In this document: one piece after another, positions 14,862-29,419 of the stretch
How the letters are laid out: each line of letters begins with the position of its first letter
Numbering within the stretch: position 1 is the stretch's first letter
Source of the DNA: Chrysomallon squamiferum
Lineage: Eukaryota > Animalia > Mollusca
DNA length: 64,000 bases
Direction of reading: 5' to 3'
NCBI GenBank assembly: GCA_012295275.1
Contig: CM022670.1
Coordinates: forward strand, 24,428,001 to 24,492,000
Translations under genes and position numbers: made by a program
The notes under the pieces: generated by a model
Seen by the model: only the letters and a program-made list of their open reading frames with translations
Database searches by the model: none
What the model was told of the DNA's origin: nothing

Positions 14862-15436
14862 AATAAAAGAATCTCACCAAATTCAAAACAACCAACTTTA
14901 GTCAACGAAATCAAACACATACACTCACACGCATGCATATATACATGCCATGTTTTGACTTTGTAAACATTCAATTATAAAGAAATAATACAGAATGAAA
15001 TTAAATAAATAGTAAGTAAAAAAGTAAATAAATAAGTAATTAAGAGAGTAAATAAATAAATCAGTAAATACAAAGTAAGTCTGAGAGTTAGTAAATAGAT
15101 AAAAAGAAAGGTAAGAAAATAAAAAATAAATAATAAGTAAATAAACAAACGAAACGAAACCAGTTACAATGAAAACAAAACAAATTAAATAATGTAACAG
15201 GTCTGTTTAAGTGCAAGAAATTAAGACAAACACAACCATAATAATTTCATAAATTTATTATTCTCTTCTGTGATGACATCTTAAAGTTGTATTTCATGCG
15301 TGACAGAGTATTTAAATGTCTTCTATAATTAACTTGATCTCCAGGAAATTAAATATAAATAATTAATGAAGTGGATTGTAAATTTTAGAAAAAAGTACAC
15401 ATTTAAAATAAAACAAAAACATCTTCTTGCATACTG

Positions 15437-15470
<34 letters not shown>

Positions 15471-16053
15471 TTTTGAAACATTAATTTTTAATTAAAGTTG
15501 AAAATGTAGAATGTAATATTTTCATTGGTTTAACTATAATTATCATTGATGATAAATGAAGTATATATATATATATATTTTTTTTTTTCTTGTAACTTTA
15601 ACTGAAAACTCAGGGATTAATGTTCTGGAGAGTTACAGTCGTTTCCACCTAAATGAAACAAAGATTCTTCGTTTCTCCAAATGAATAACATAAAAATCGT
15701 TCATGAAATGACTTATCAAGGAATTATAGTTTGCACCTATACAAACGATTTATAAAAACGTAAATACAAATATGATTTATGTATGAAAAATTGTACCGAT
15801 GAGGTTCACATGTTCACAGTAGCATCAAATTTTAAAATAAGTTTCAAATGTTGTTGTTGTTGTTGTTGTTATTACTATTATTATTATTATTATTTGTACT
15901 TATTTATACTTTTAGTAATTTTGACGAAATTGGAGGGATTAAAACAACAAGAACAACAACAACAACATAAAATCAGAGTGTTGTTGTTCGAGCACCGTTC
16001 TTCCTTAACGGATCTCCAACATTTACGGAGGAAAATTCAGAGGAAGATAAAAG

Positions 16054-19000
16054 ATGGCGATTCCAGTCGGTAGCTATTTTTGGCTTGCGAATTCGTTTGC
16101 TGTTTTTGTTTTTTATTTTGCAGTATTTTTTTTGAAATGCGCACCGCAGTTTTTGTCGGAACTATATTTAATCGGTAAATTAAGAAAACTGCTTAAGGGA
16201 TCCAAAATGTCATCTGTGTTTGATGTTCCAAAGAGGTAAACATTTTAAATAGTAAAATTAAAAATTAAAATGGGTCTTATAAGTTTTATTTGACAATTAT
16301 TAAAGTTAATTATTAATATTAAGATGTTTTCTATTTTAGTGTATTGTATGTGACATGTAAATCTCTTCTTTAAAGTGTAGATCACATTTCAGCCACTTTG
16401 CTAAATTTAGTTACAAGTGTTGAAGTGGCATTGCTATTCAATATTCATGGATACATTTACTAAATCACGATGATTTAGCAGATTTAAAATGAATGAAAAA
16501 AAAGCGCTGTATCATTGATTATCAGTGGTTATTTATCCGTATATAGAACAAGCCATGAATCATAGTATTATATAACTAGTTATCTAAAATAACGATTATT
16601 GTTATGGTATGCCACATGTTAGCATACCAATGAATTAATTGTTTATTTAAAACAATGAAATGAGAAATTTAAATAATAATAGTAGTTGTAATAGTAAAAG
16701 CAATAATCCAAAACCTTAGTTCAAGGCAACTATATCAGTATACACTATATGAAAAGTTATAATATTCATACTCTTAGCTGTCATTAATAGTTGTATTTTT
16801 TTTTTTTTTTCTTTCTGTTTTGTAGGTGGTTTGTACACTTTTACTTTCTTGGACTGATTGCTAATACCACGGTTCTTTTATTCATACTGCTAGGATGGCT
16901 TCCACAACCAGTCAAAACAGTATTACAGTTTTTGCAAATGCCTAATGTACATCCAGGTAACATTGGATACCTACCTAAATCGTAAATGATGCAGCTGTTG
17001 CTTTATTACAATGAAAATTCACACATTCACAGCTTAAAATTGTGACAAATAATAAAGCAGTCTATAAATTTGTTAAATATTATTACTTGTTTAAATGCAG
17101 ATGATGTAGGTGATAATACCTGTTCAAGTTGTAAAAAGAACATTACAGAATATAAAAGTAAACCTAATAGAAATTTAGTGTTAAAAATCATTATGACATC
17201 AAAAACAAAAGATTATTGGCTTTCTGTGCATCTATGATCTTTATATAGATTTCAGTGTTATAATGCAGCATATACATCCATCCTTGCACTACTCCATACA
17301 TATACACATACATTTAAACATATACATACATACATTAATGTATATGTCACTAAGTGCATATAATTTTTTACGTACATACATAATGTTGACCCTTGGTTTT
17401 CTGAATTTGGGAAATCTGGAAAAATTGTAAAGTTTTAACTTAACACCATTTCCCACTTGAAACCTTACCTCTAAGTACCAATAAATTATTCTGAGACTCC
17501 TCTCTCAACCCACTTCCCATCAAGGGAAGAGTAAATTTCACAACTGCACCCTTAACCAGTCTAACCTAACAAATGTTACCAAGCCAAGTCTATATTTTTA
17601 TATATTTAATATGTGTCATTTGTTTACATTGTTTTAGGTTTAGTGTTTGCATTCATGATTTTCCAGACCAGTACTCACCCCTATTGTTCTGTAAAATTGA
17701 GGGTCAAGAGCACATACATACATCAATACATCCATCTGTCCATTCTTACACTAACTGAAAATGTTAACTGATTTTTCAGAGGTCGATCTCCTGCCTGTGT
17801 TTGTGGTGATTATGATGGAAGAAATCCAAGTGATCCGACGTCTGTACGAATGTCTGTATGTTCATGTGTTTTCATCTTCAAGCATGAGCATCATTCATTA
17901 TGTCATGGGACTTTGTTTCTACAGCTTGTTTGGTCTGTGTTTGTTGTCTGCAACAGATTACAAACAACTAACATTAACAGCAGGTAAAAATTATATATCA
18001 GTATAAAAAATTGCAGTTAAGTTACTGATAGTTCTGTTTTGTTCTGTTATTCAGTAATTCACTCTACAAATTTGTATAAGAAAAGAAACTTTTCTTTACA
18101 TTTTTTTATTCTTACTATATTCACAAAAAAGAATACTGATAAAAGATTTGAAATTTATAGTTTATTTATATGTAATTTGGTGAAAATACAAGTAATATAT
18201 TATATGACTTGTACAAAGATATTTTACTGTTTATTATTAATATGATTTTTGATCTGTTGCATAATACATTTTATTATTATAAAATATTGAACAGTATGAT
18301 ATGTGTAGCAGTTTAAAAGTAATATTATATAATTATTAATATTTATATTAAGAATCATGAACATTCCATGTTGCGAAAGAAAATTTAAAACACAAAATTG
18401 TCTGATCTGTAAATGTTATTGTATGACTATTTAAAAGTTTGTAATCTAGCTTTGTTTTAATTAATTTTTCTAGCTAACGTCAGTGCACATGATATGGCAC
18501 ATTTTGTTTTGGGCAATGTTCTGTTTGTCACTGCATCAGTTGTACAACATCGAGCATTCCTGACTTTGGCAGATATGAGAAAGTTACCATCAGGTTAGTA
18601 TTTTCATTGAAATTATGATTTTATTCTGCTAGTCATAGTTATGTATTTCTGACTTGAAAACACAACCTACAAATCTGAGATGTCTTCTTTATTCTTCCAG
18701 TTAACGTGTTGGAAGATTAATTACAAGGGCTGTTTTATTTTTAAACTCAAATCCCTGGCCACATTGTACAACAGTCAATTTAAACACTTGCTTTAAGCCA
18801 CAGCATTCTAAATAACCAAACTGTCAGTAGATCATGTTTTTGACAGATAAACTGAAATGTGTATTAATGACTACTTTAACTTACAGTAGGAGTGATGCCT
18901 TGTAAATCTTCATAGCATCAAGCATCCTAAGAGTATTTAATGCATTGCTGATATCAGTTTTATGGTATAATATTTTTTATAAGTCATTTTATATCTAAAT

Positions 19001-19389
19001 GAACATTTGTTTTTTAAAAGTTATTGAAAGTTATGCTTAACTGTTTTAAAAAAAGCCATTAATAATTTCAATGAAATTTAGTCCATTTGTTAAAAGTGCT
19101 GATATTTTTTTCCATGTTTCTTTCAACAGGTAAAATTAAGAATACACAACATCATATTCCCAAAGGAGGGCCCTTTGAATATGTCTCCTCCCCTCACTTC
19201 TCTGCTGAAATTGTCATCTACCTTGGTATGAATATTGTGCTTGGTTTTGAGCACAAGATTTGCTCTGCATACCTCATTTTTGTCTTGGTAAACCAGCTGA
19301 TTCTGGGCAAGATCACCCACAGCTGGTACACAGAAACCTTCAGTCAGTATCCGAAGCAGAGGAAAGCAATTATTCCATTTTTATTTTGA
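16054..19389 (+). CDS. SRD5A3: Polyprenol (polyprenal) reductase / steroid 5-alpha-reductase 3, 5 exons, 298 aa
   Basis: Exons 16054-16235, 16826-16956, 17780-17983, 18474-18593, 19130-19389 total 897 nt in frame, all GT-AG. Family motifs: FDVPKRWFVHFY, RRLYECLYVHVFS..MSIIHYVMGLCFY, Q.RAF..LA.MR, HHIPKGGPFEYVSSPHF.AEIVIY, THSWY.ETF..YPKQRKAIIPFLF. Confidence 0.95.
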
Positions 19390-21230
19390 ATAGTTGTCAC
19401 AGTAAAAAAATACTCAATGAAACTATACTATTAGTACAATAATAACTTTTGGTCTGAATTTAGCCTGACTAAATAATTTAGTTAGTTTTTTCTTACGTTT
19501 TTGTTAAGTTTGTGAGAATGAAACAGTAACTTAATATATTAGTGAATGAGAGAGAGAGTTTGATCATTTTAATAATAAATTTTATGTCCAATTAGGAATA
19601 TTTTTTAATTCAGTGGGCTGATTTAATTTGCAATTTACACTTCATTTATAACTTTCAAGTGGTATAAGGATAGACCAAATATTTTTTTATCTATTTTTTA
19701 AACTATTTTTATTTTTCCACATTTGGATATTTCACCTTTTTCAGATAAAGGATGTTGTCCTGTTCTTAAAACCTATCTGTGCTGTGTACAAAATGATTAT
19801 GCTGGATTTTCTCACCTTTTGTTTTTAAATATAATTTTTTTATTGGAACTCCTTTCAAAAACGGTTTCTTATGACATTTATATCCAGGACATGTTTCTTT
19901 TCCCCATGAATTTTTTGATGAAATGTATGTTGTTTTAGGAAGAGTTCAAAATAAAAGCATAACATCAATAAAACAGTTTAAAAAAGAAAAAGACTTATAA
20001 TCATACCTGTATATGAGGTTTACTCAGCACCGACAGTTGAACTTGATTAACACGTGTACTTGAAGGGAATTCACAAAAACAGTTGAAAAAATCCAGTGGA
20101 ATTATTTTGCATGTGCTTAGACTGGTTTGAGAAAGCACTATTTTCAATGATTCCCACCACAGAAAAAAAAAAAAAAATATATAACTTTAAAAAAAAAAAA
20201 GCTTTACAGAGATAGAAATATTTGGTCTAGTATATTCTTCATTTTTTTTTTTATAAAGAAATAAACATTTTAGATAAGTATATATATATTACTTTATGAA
20301 ATGCATATATATATTGATCAATATATTTCATTTAATTTACAAACAAGTACACTATTTATTCAGGGCGTTCAGTATTTATGTTTTGTTTTGATTTTGTCTC
20401 TTCTTGTTATACCTGCTCAACATTATGTTGTTGGTTGTTTTGTTCTTTTTGGTAATTTAAAAAAAAATTATTTATTTATTTATTTTTTTATGAATCAAAT
20501 GGCTTCTGTAGATAATTTAAAAGAATTCCACATTGTTGTAAAACAGCGACAGCTTTAAGATGGTGATCACCGCTGACAGTATGCACCTGTCTGCTGAATT
20601 GTGTGTATTTCGAATCACAGTTAAACATTTACATACTTCCACATACTATATGAAGTTTTGTGTGTTGTAAAAATAAATAAAACAACAACTCTGATCCACA
20701 GATATTGTGAAGATAATTTTGTTAATTCATTGATATTTCTATATATTTTTATATTAAAGTTTATTTTTGTATTAATAGTTTTATTTGTATAATAAAATTT
20801 GTATGTAAAATTTAATAAATTATTAGAGTATCAATAAGACTTGTACGAATTGTATATGCAACTTCGTCTCACGTCATGCGTTCATTGCTAAATTTAGTAA
20901 CGAGCTATCACGTGGTCCTTTTAAGGACGAACAATTCGGCTCCGAAAGTGAAACATGGTTGCCAGTTTTCCATTCGCGTTTGTTAAACTTACTGAAAATG
21001 GTGTTCCTGATACGCTAAGATACAGACGATTGTGTTGTTGTTGTGTTTTTGGCAAAATTCTCGCGATAAACGGCGAAATTTTGCTCGAATGCTGAATTTA
21101 AAATTAATAATTCCATCAGAGAAAATACCAGCAATGGTCAGCTGATTGTTAACTTTTATTTGCAACATAAGAAAATGTTTATGTTTCTGTTCCAAATATC
21201 CTGCGCTTTTAATTGCCTTTAGCCTCACTA

Positions 21231-21553
21231 CAGGTACCGGACCAATTATCCGGCGTCCTGAAATCCGGAAAGACCAGAAAACCGGAAGTTTTTTCCAGAC
21301 GCTATTTCCATAGTTCGCGCGCGCGGTTGTTGTCCTTACCAGACCGGAAAAACTCTTTCAAGCCGCGTGGCGTCCATTCACTCGCCGCATTGTTTTTACG
21401 TGTCGAGTCGCCACAGTTGCGTATCGTCAGTTTTCTTTATGTTTTTAATTTTAAAATGTTTAAACCTAATTATTTACGTATTTAGATGCCTTGGTACCAG
21501 AAATCCAGAATGCCTCAGTCCCCAAGGAGTCCGGATAATTGGTCCGGTACCTG
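21231..21553. mobile_element. MITE, Tc1/mariner/pogo(Tigger)-type non-autonomous DNA transposon, 323 bp
   Basis: Perfect 23-bp TIRs caggtaccggaccaattatccgg / ccggataattggtccggtacctg, flanked on both sides by TA (21229-30, 21554-55). No transposase ORF. Confidence 0.9.
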
Positions 21554-23956
21554 TATTACAAATATTTCATTGTTCCTAATTAGTACTTGCAGCACCTTTC
21601 TGGAGTGGGTTCCAAGCTTTAGCCGAGTTTGTTTATTGCAGAAGATAATGGTTACGGATCAACCCCCAGCCCCCATACACATTTAGTGACTTAATAAAAT
21701 CACCAATCTCTGTCGAGCAAGAACTGTTTTCTACCTTCTGGGAAGAAGAAATCCTGATTTGGCGATAAAGATTGTAAACAAACAATTATCACCTCATGTT
21801 ATGTCAGCTGATCAAAATATTGCCATTTGATTGGATGTTTATTTTAATTCCACTTCAGGGCATTAAATATTTGCTGTATGTAGGTGAGTTTGCAAGCGAT
21901 GACAGCGCCTTTTCCTACAATTTCACACACTTTCAGTATGTTGCCTCAAGCTTTTTCCCATTATTTTCATTTTGATGCAGTGTTTCCGTTCTTAGAAAGT
22001 TATGATTGCTTTAATTGCCAGTCTATTGGAAAATGGACACACGTTTCTCTAAAAACAAACAACAAAAAAGATGAAAAAAAGAAAAGAAAAGAAAAGAAAA
22101 ACTCCTAATTTTTAAATATATATTTTTTATTATAATTTTCTTATTTTATTTAGCTCTTTCGCGTAATATGAATAAGAATAAAATCAGAATATTTTTTTTT
22201 CTTTTTTTCTGACATACCTAGGCCAAGTAATTAATTTCAATTGCAGAACCACAATAGAGTGAAATAATAATAATAAGAGAGAGCTATAAAAATTAATTAT
22301 AATAACCAACATAGTTAAATACGGTTATTTATTATTATTATTTTTTTAAATGCTAAACATGAATAGCCAGCCATACATTCCTGAGATACTGAGTGGGCTC
22401 CCAGTCTTTTCTGTCTACATAATGAGAAGCTGCTATTCAGAAAATAACAATGTAATCTGAATTTGTCTTTTATTTTCTGTGTTAATATTTCTGTACTGAG
22501 AGGCTGTATTCAGAAAACAACAACAAAAAAAATCTGTTTCAAAGTAGACTCAGAGAAGAAGAAAAAAATATATATTTAATAATAAGACTACTTACTTTAA
22601 GTTATTGCCGTACACAAGGATCAAAATAATGAGTAGCTTACACTTATTAAAAGTTTTATTTGGATAAACGGACTTTCGCTTTATTACCTTAATATTTATT
22701 TATTTATTTATTAGCCATTTGGATGTAGTACATTTTTATTAATTAATTATTTTATTTATTATTTTTCAGGATATAAACCTTTTTACACACAAAGAGAAAA
22801 TAAAAGTATTATTTATTTATAATTCGGACTCGGGGGGGGGGGCAAGCGGTCGAAAATCTCTCTCAGATAAGGGCAGAACATTAGGAAAAATATAATATTT
22901 CTTTTAACTTGTTATTTGTGTCGTATCTTGATTAAAAAAAAAAAAAAAAAAAGAAAGAAATCAAAAGGAAATATAATAGTGAAATTAAAAATTAAAACGA
23001 GCAGTTGAATAAAATTAAGTTTATTTCCTCGGCTGAAATGTCGTGCTAATGATTTTTTTTTTTTTTTTTTTCCTGCGGAGACATTTGCGTGAAACGAAAT
23101 GGATTTGTGTACTTTAACAGAAATGAAGAAATTGGACGCGAGTTACAGCAAGTTGACTGCTAAAGATTTTACGGACCAATTTGTTTGGTCGCTTATTGCT
23201 TTAATTATTAAACTTTATCTGATTCCGCATGCGACTGAATTCCATTTTAAACTTTTGAAAATAAATACACACTGACACATTGGAAAGGAAAACTGAAAAA
23301 GCTTTTGATGGTCTGTTTATGAGACGCTTAAATAAGAGAAAGAGAAACGGAATTAGCCGAAGATAGTGCGAGAGGAACTGCACTGTTTTCTTCATTTATT
23401 TTCTCATTGGAATTAGTTCTTTATTTTTTAATTATACTTCAGGTCATCATTTGGATTAACTAACAATCGTTTTGTTCACTTTTTCACTGATGAATTAAGA
23501 TGGGGGGAAAGAAAGAGATTTGACAAACGCGGAAGTCTTCACAGAGTTAGCACTGACTGGTATTGGCAGGTTGCATAAAGTTTCAAGTCCCGATGGAGGA
23601 AGTTCAGAATGAAAGAAAAAAGATGGCGTTGTCTTGCTATCGATTTGTAATGAAGTTCATAATCTCGTTGATAAAATCAGTTTGGTCGACCCAGAATTAT
23701 ATCATTTAATAACGTGAGTGTAATCTATTTTCGGTTGGCTCAATTTTCTCGGATTTAAATTTAGGTGGTAGTGACGTGTTGTTAAGTCTTTGGTTTCGAA
23801 GTGTTTAAACTTATTTGTTGGATTGTTAATATAGATTGTAACGCAACTTGACTTGGGGGCATGCTGCTAAAGAACATTTTTTTTTTCCAGAGACGAAGAA
23901 TATTTGATTAACTTCCGTTCCGCATCTGTAAAAGACTTCATTACACTTAAAATGGA

Positions 23957-23987
<31 letters not shown>

Positions 23988-24982
23988 AAATGAATAAATA
24001 ATCTTCAAGCCATTGTAGTTCTCGGAATTTGCTATGATTTCTTCTTTCGATACTAGAAGAGTTATAAAAATTTCTGGCTTGTCATTAACTGTTTTTGTCT
24101 TTATCATCACTGCAGACGGTAACATTTGCGTATTTAGGGAGCGTTGTTCGTTGAAAGGAAGTTCCTCACTTTTTTAGACATTCGGGTCAATTTTGTTTAT
24201 TTTTGTAAGTACGCATAAATCAGCCTTTGTGTATAACAATTTAAGAATAAACATACTGCGTGTTTTTCCAAAACTGATTCTACTTACCTCCCTTGATTTA
24301 AAAAAAGAAACTTGTGAATGTTAGCCGCTAGGATGATATAAAAAGAGAAAATCTGTTTATCTGACAAGGCAGATACTATCTGTGAAATTTAATACAATCT
24401 TTTTTAGTATTTATTCTGGGGTTGAAAGAACAAACCATAGCGAAATTCCACGCTTTCAAAATGATCTATAAATAAGTAAAAAATCGAAAATAAAAAGGAG
24501 TTAAAAAAAAAAGAAAGAAAGAAAATAGCTGTATAGCTGCTACTGGTAAAAAAAAATAACACGTTCGCTGGATATCTCATGTTAATGGAACTAAATGTTG
24601 GGTTAATTGTCGGATCGCTGCTTTTAAGGAACATCTCTGGTTAACACTTTTAAAGCAAAGCAAAAGTGAGATGTAAGGATTCTTTCAACCTTAAGTAAAA
24701 CGTTGAATAATAATATTTGAAATAACATGATTATGACGATATATAAATATAAAAAAATTAATAAAATAATAACAATAATAAGGATATAATTATAGTTTGT
24801 TATAAATACCAGTGAAGAAGTCGCGCCACTAGACTGTAAATAATCATTATAGTGAATACAGACAAAAAATATCAAAATATACAGTTTACAAGTAGCTGAA
24901 TCATAACAACAAAAAAAGAATCTCGATGAAAAAAAATATACTCTGAAAAACACTAACAGAAAAAAAATAGGAAGAAGAAAAA

Positions 24983-25037
<55 letters not shown>

Positions 25038-27399
25038 CTTAATCAAACAAACAAAAGAAAACAATATAAAACAGCAGCAACAACAAAGAAACCTAAATGT
25101 CCCCAAAAGTAAAAAACAAATCAATCTGTTTGATTAACAACAACAAAAATAATCGTTACTCACACATCCTCCTCCTCGTTTCAGAATCCTAACGAGGCTG
25201 ACAAAGGAATTCTTTAATAAGGGAAAATCCTCAAGATCAGAGACCCAGAACAACAATTCTGAAAAATGAATTACTCATTTAACGGAATAAGTAAATTAGA
25301 AAGACATGAGATACATTTCTTTCAAGGTGGAAATGTAATTTCGAAAGAAAACCTTTGTTATAAAAGATAAAAAGATGAACATTTCTCTATTGTTCTGAAT
25401 CGACTAATATCTTGTCTTTAATCGCACGTCAGTTCTTTTCCTGTAAACGTCCCCACTGACAACGACGTGGCTTGTATCACCGGTAGACTTTGCTCTACCA
25501 CTCCTCTCAGCAATATTTTATATTCCAGTAATTAGCACTGTTCTGTATGGTCTCCAGTTCACAAACAGACGCATTCATCTCATGGCCAATAATTTGTCTC
25601 ACTAGCCGCTTCTGGATAACGGGAATAGTACGTGTAGACAAGTCATTTATTTCTTCCCAGGACCTGAAGCGACTAATACGGTTGGGGATAAATGATAAAA
25701 CAGACCGCATCGAATCACAAAATTTCCGATGAGAAATTTTGTAGGCTTGCTGCGAAATTTTAATTAACCAATTAACTCATTTTCTATCATTTGCTTATGA
25801 TAATGTTGAGGGCAACGATGATAAAATATGAAAATAACGGTAATAATAAGTTTTATTATTACCAAAAAAAAAACAACAACTAGAAATAGATACATGCTAA
25901 AACTGAATGTGTTTGAGGCAAGCAGTGACCTGACAGGTTGGATAGTATATTACGTAACATGTTTGTAGCTACGTGATAAGTTATGTGATGGTGTCAGGGA
26001 ATTCTGGTTGTAGACACTCAGTAGACAGTTTTTGAAATTCTGTTATCTTCATCATCAAATTTGGACTTTAACATTTACTAGAATAAATATTTTGCGACAA
26101 GTAATCCAATATACTCGAATGCAACACGTGTTCATAATACATCTAATATATGCCCGAAAATAAATTAACGATCAAAAACATATTTATATATTCATTAGAA
26201 TTCAATAATATTGTTAAAATAGCATCTGATTGCCAAAAGGCTTGTTCCGGAGATAAGAGCCAATATATACATTTCGTATCTTAATAGCAATCTATTTCAT
26301 TTATTATTATTCTACCGAACTCCATGTAAGTCATGGAGTTTTAATTTCCGTAGTAAGACTAATGATATACACGCATACATTGTTCATCGAATTTTCAGCT
26401 GACAACGATCGCTTTGTAACCATTGTGGGTTTTTTTTCGCAACAAACGGAGGCTGCATCCATTAATGTTAAGATAACCCTGCGGTTTAAATGCAATCTTA
26501 CCTTCGTCGTTAATGAATGAGTTAATAATTTTTTTGTTTTGGCGAAAGTATGTGTGAGGGAGAATTTTATTAAGTCAAAGGAAACTGTTTAAATGTTCTG
26601 CGTTAAAATAATGCAAGATTCTGTAGGATTTAATACTGTACATTGTATGTGAATTACTCTCCAGATGGGTTGTCTCTCGTTCTAGCGTTAAAAAGAAGCT
26701 GATATGGGTATCTGTTAAGGTAAGTTTAGGCATCTGAGATATCAAAAATTATTATATATAATGTATAGTAACATCACTCGGTAAGTCAAAGTCTTAAACA
26801 CTGCTCTGTCGATGTTAATTAAAACAACAACAACAACAAAAACAACAACAACAATAAAACACACAGAAAAACCAGCAACACCCCCAACAACAAACAAACT
26901 TGACCTCCCCCCTCAAAAAACAACAACAAGAAAAACAAAAACCCCGAAAAATCCATTACCTCTACATATTAGAAAACAACAACAACAACAGTTTAGTTAA
27001 ATTTATATCAAACAGAAGAATCTTGATAATTAACTTACATAAATGGTAACAATGAGCAGATGAATAAAAAAAATCAATAAATTAATTGACTTTATTAATA
27101 AATGTTATTAGGTGTATATTATATGTATAAAGTGTGTTAATAGACTGGTGTTGATAATAAAACTAACACCTGGCTTTATCACCAGAGAGCGAAAAGACTC
27201 GTGATTAGACCATATTTTTGTATTATATTTGTATATGATTTTAAAATAACTTCAGTAATGTTCAACTGAAAATAATTAATTTTGTAATAATTTGTCATTT
27301 GTCTCTATTGCCAAACCCCTCCGACAACAGCAGCAATAACAGCAGCTAGGAAAACAACAACAAAATAATAATACTAATAAAAATACATAAATACAAACA

Positions 27400-27401
27400 A
27401 A

Positions 27402-27444
<43 letters not shown>

Positions 27445-27477
27445 ATGATGATGATGATGGTAATGATGATGGTGGTA

Positions 27478-27540
<63 letters not shown>

Positions 27541-27560
27541 CCATATTATTATTATTATTA
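27400..27560. repeat. Compound (AAAT)n/(ATG)n/(AAT)n microsatellite
   Basis: Directly visible; source of the poly-M/poly-H pseudo-ORFs. Confidence 0.95.
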
Positions 27561-27779
27561 TTGCCTGTCCAATATTATTCTTCATTTATTACTTACATCC
27601 AAAACATCTACAAAACTTCAAACGTGCAGACGTGGACACGGCTTTTTCCTTTTGCATTACATTCTATGTAATCTTCTTTAACATTTGATACACGTCCAAT
27701 ATCGATACACATTTAACTTAGAAGTTGGAAATAAATCTGCTGTTCCAAACTGACTGTGTGTGTGCTACGAACGTTCTGT

Positions 27780-28091
27780 CTTAAAAATAACCAATGACGC
27801 GAAGCTCGTGTTCTGGATTGCACGGATAACGGGGTAGATAGACAGCGCACATCGACCGACGACAGCATCCTGGAAATCAATTTATTTCTGAAAATGTCGA
27901 CATCGCGGACAGTTTATGTGAATGTAGAGTCAGTCTACAGTTAACTTTCGTAGTCTGTACGTGGTACGTCAACAACGCATACGAGAACGTCGGAAATACG
28001 TAGTCTGAAGTGTTAAAGATGACTGAGAAATTACTGACTGACGAGTGAAGACGTGCAAAAGGTAGAGTGGAAATGTTCCTGTTAATCACAG
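27780..28091 (+). promoter_or_regulatory. Candidate promoter plus non-coding first exon of TMEM272-like paralogue 1
   Basis: CpG-rich island with CCAAT immediately followed by a CRE-like TGACGC (about 27791-27800). It ends at donor CAG|gtaaat (28091). The ATG exon of the paralogue has a strong acceptor at 38017/38018 that needs an upstream exon. Confidence 0.45.
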
Positions 28092-29419
28092 GTAAATCTT
28101 TAATTAGCTCATTGGAGAGGTATTTTCATTTTCATCATCATCATCAGTTTGTTTTCAAACTGGCTGAACATTTAATTTTTAGAGGTAATTTCATTATTTG
28201 TTCGTAATTTATAATGACAACTACATTTCTTTCTGTTTACGTTTTTGGTAGGAATAAAACTAATTTGGTGGTTTTTCACTGAGCAGTAGATTTTGTTTTA
28301 ATAACTAAGATACTTAATTTCAAATGTTTGAACTGTGTTGGTAGTAACATCTAATTTAGTATTTTGCAAACTGAACAAGAAACTGATTTCAAGTCTTGGT
28401 TACCTGTATTATACACTTTTTGGGACACTTCACGGTAACTTCAATTTTAATTCTCACTTACATAATCAATACATACATCTATTAATGTATAAATATTGAC
28501 CTAAACACACACAAAAACACACGCAATCATGTCTATATGTAGATAGGAAAAACTGAAAATTATACAACAATTAACACAGATTAACTAAGAAATCAATAAA
28601 ATAAAATAAAATAAAACAAAACAAAATAAAATAGAATAAAATAACACTTCAAAATACTCACAAAAATTAAACATGTAACTAAGTAAAACAGAAAACAATA
28701 CACAAAATGAGAGAGAAAAAGAAATCTAATACCAATAAATAACGTAAATTACTTATATGTTCGGTCACAGTTATTCTGATCTTGGTGTCACTACTCTTTG
28801 ACCATATTGACATTTTTTAAGTGCATCAAAAAAGTAAAGGATCCACCACAGTAATCAAATTATTGGAATTCCAGACATACCTTTTAATTTAGACTTCCTA
28901 GAAATGGAGACACAACGTTAGATTATAGTGGTTCTTTAATCTCATGATTCTTGGAATCCTGCGCAAGGTTACTGACTGCTGCAGTTTCCGTGGTTTCGCG
29001 TACCTTTACAAGTTCTGTGTCAGTTTATATTAGATTTTCAGCTCTGAGTTAAAGGAAGAAAAAGCGAGTATTTGTGGCATGAAATTACTGAACGGTAATG
29101 CTTCAAATAGTGAAACGTAATATTAAAAGGCTGCATTATGAAATAAGAGAAATAAACAATTTTGACATGTTTTGGAAAAGATTAGAAATATTCTTTTTAA
29201 TATTACACGTTTGGATTTCACAGGCGAATGGCAATATTAAAATAATGATATCAGCCAAAAAGGATAAAACTAAAACTGAGAGATAAATTCTTCTATAAAT
29301 ACTGTACACTTACACCCTCTAATCGCACTTGGTCTTAATTATGTGTGATAAGAACATGTGACTTAAATGTGATTTTGTCTTTAAATGCAATGTGATATCA
29401 TACGTCTTCATTTTATTTT

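Noticed and set aside
24624-25124. 166-aa ORF, plus similar poly-Y/I/L/ER/SL ORFs throughout the track
   Set aside because: Translations of microsatellites and A/T-rich low-complexity DNA.
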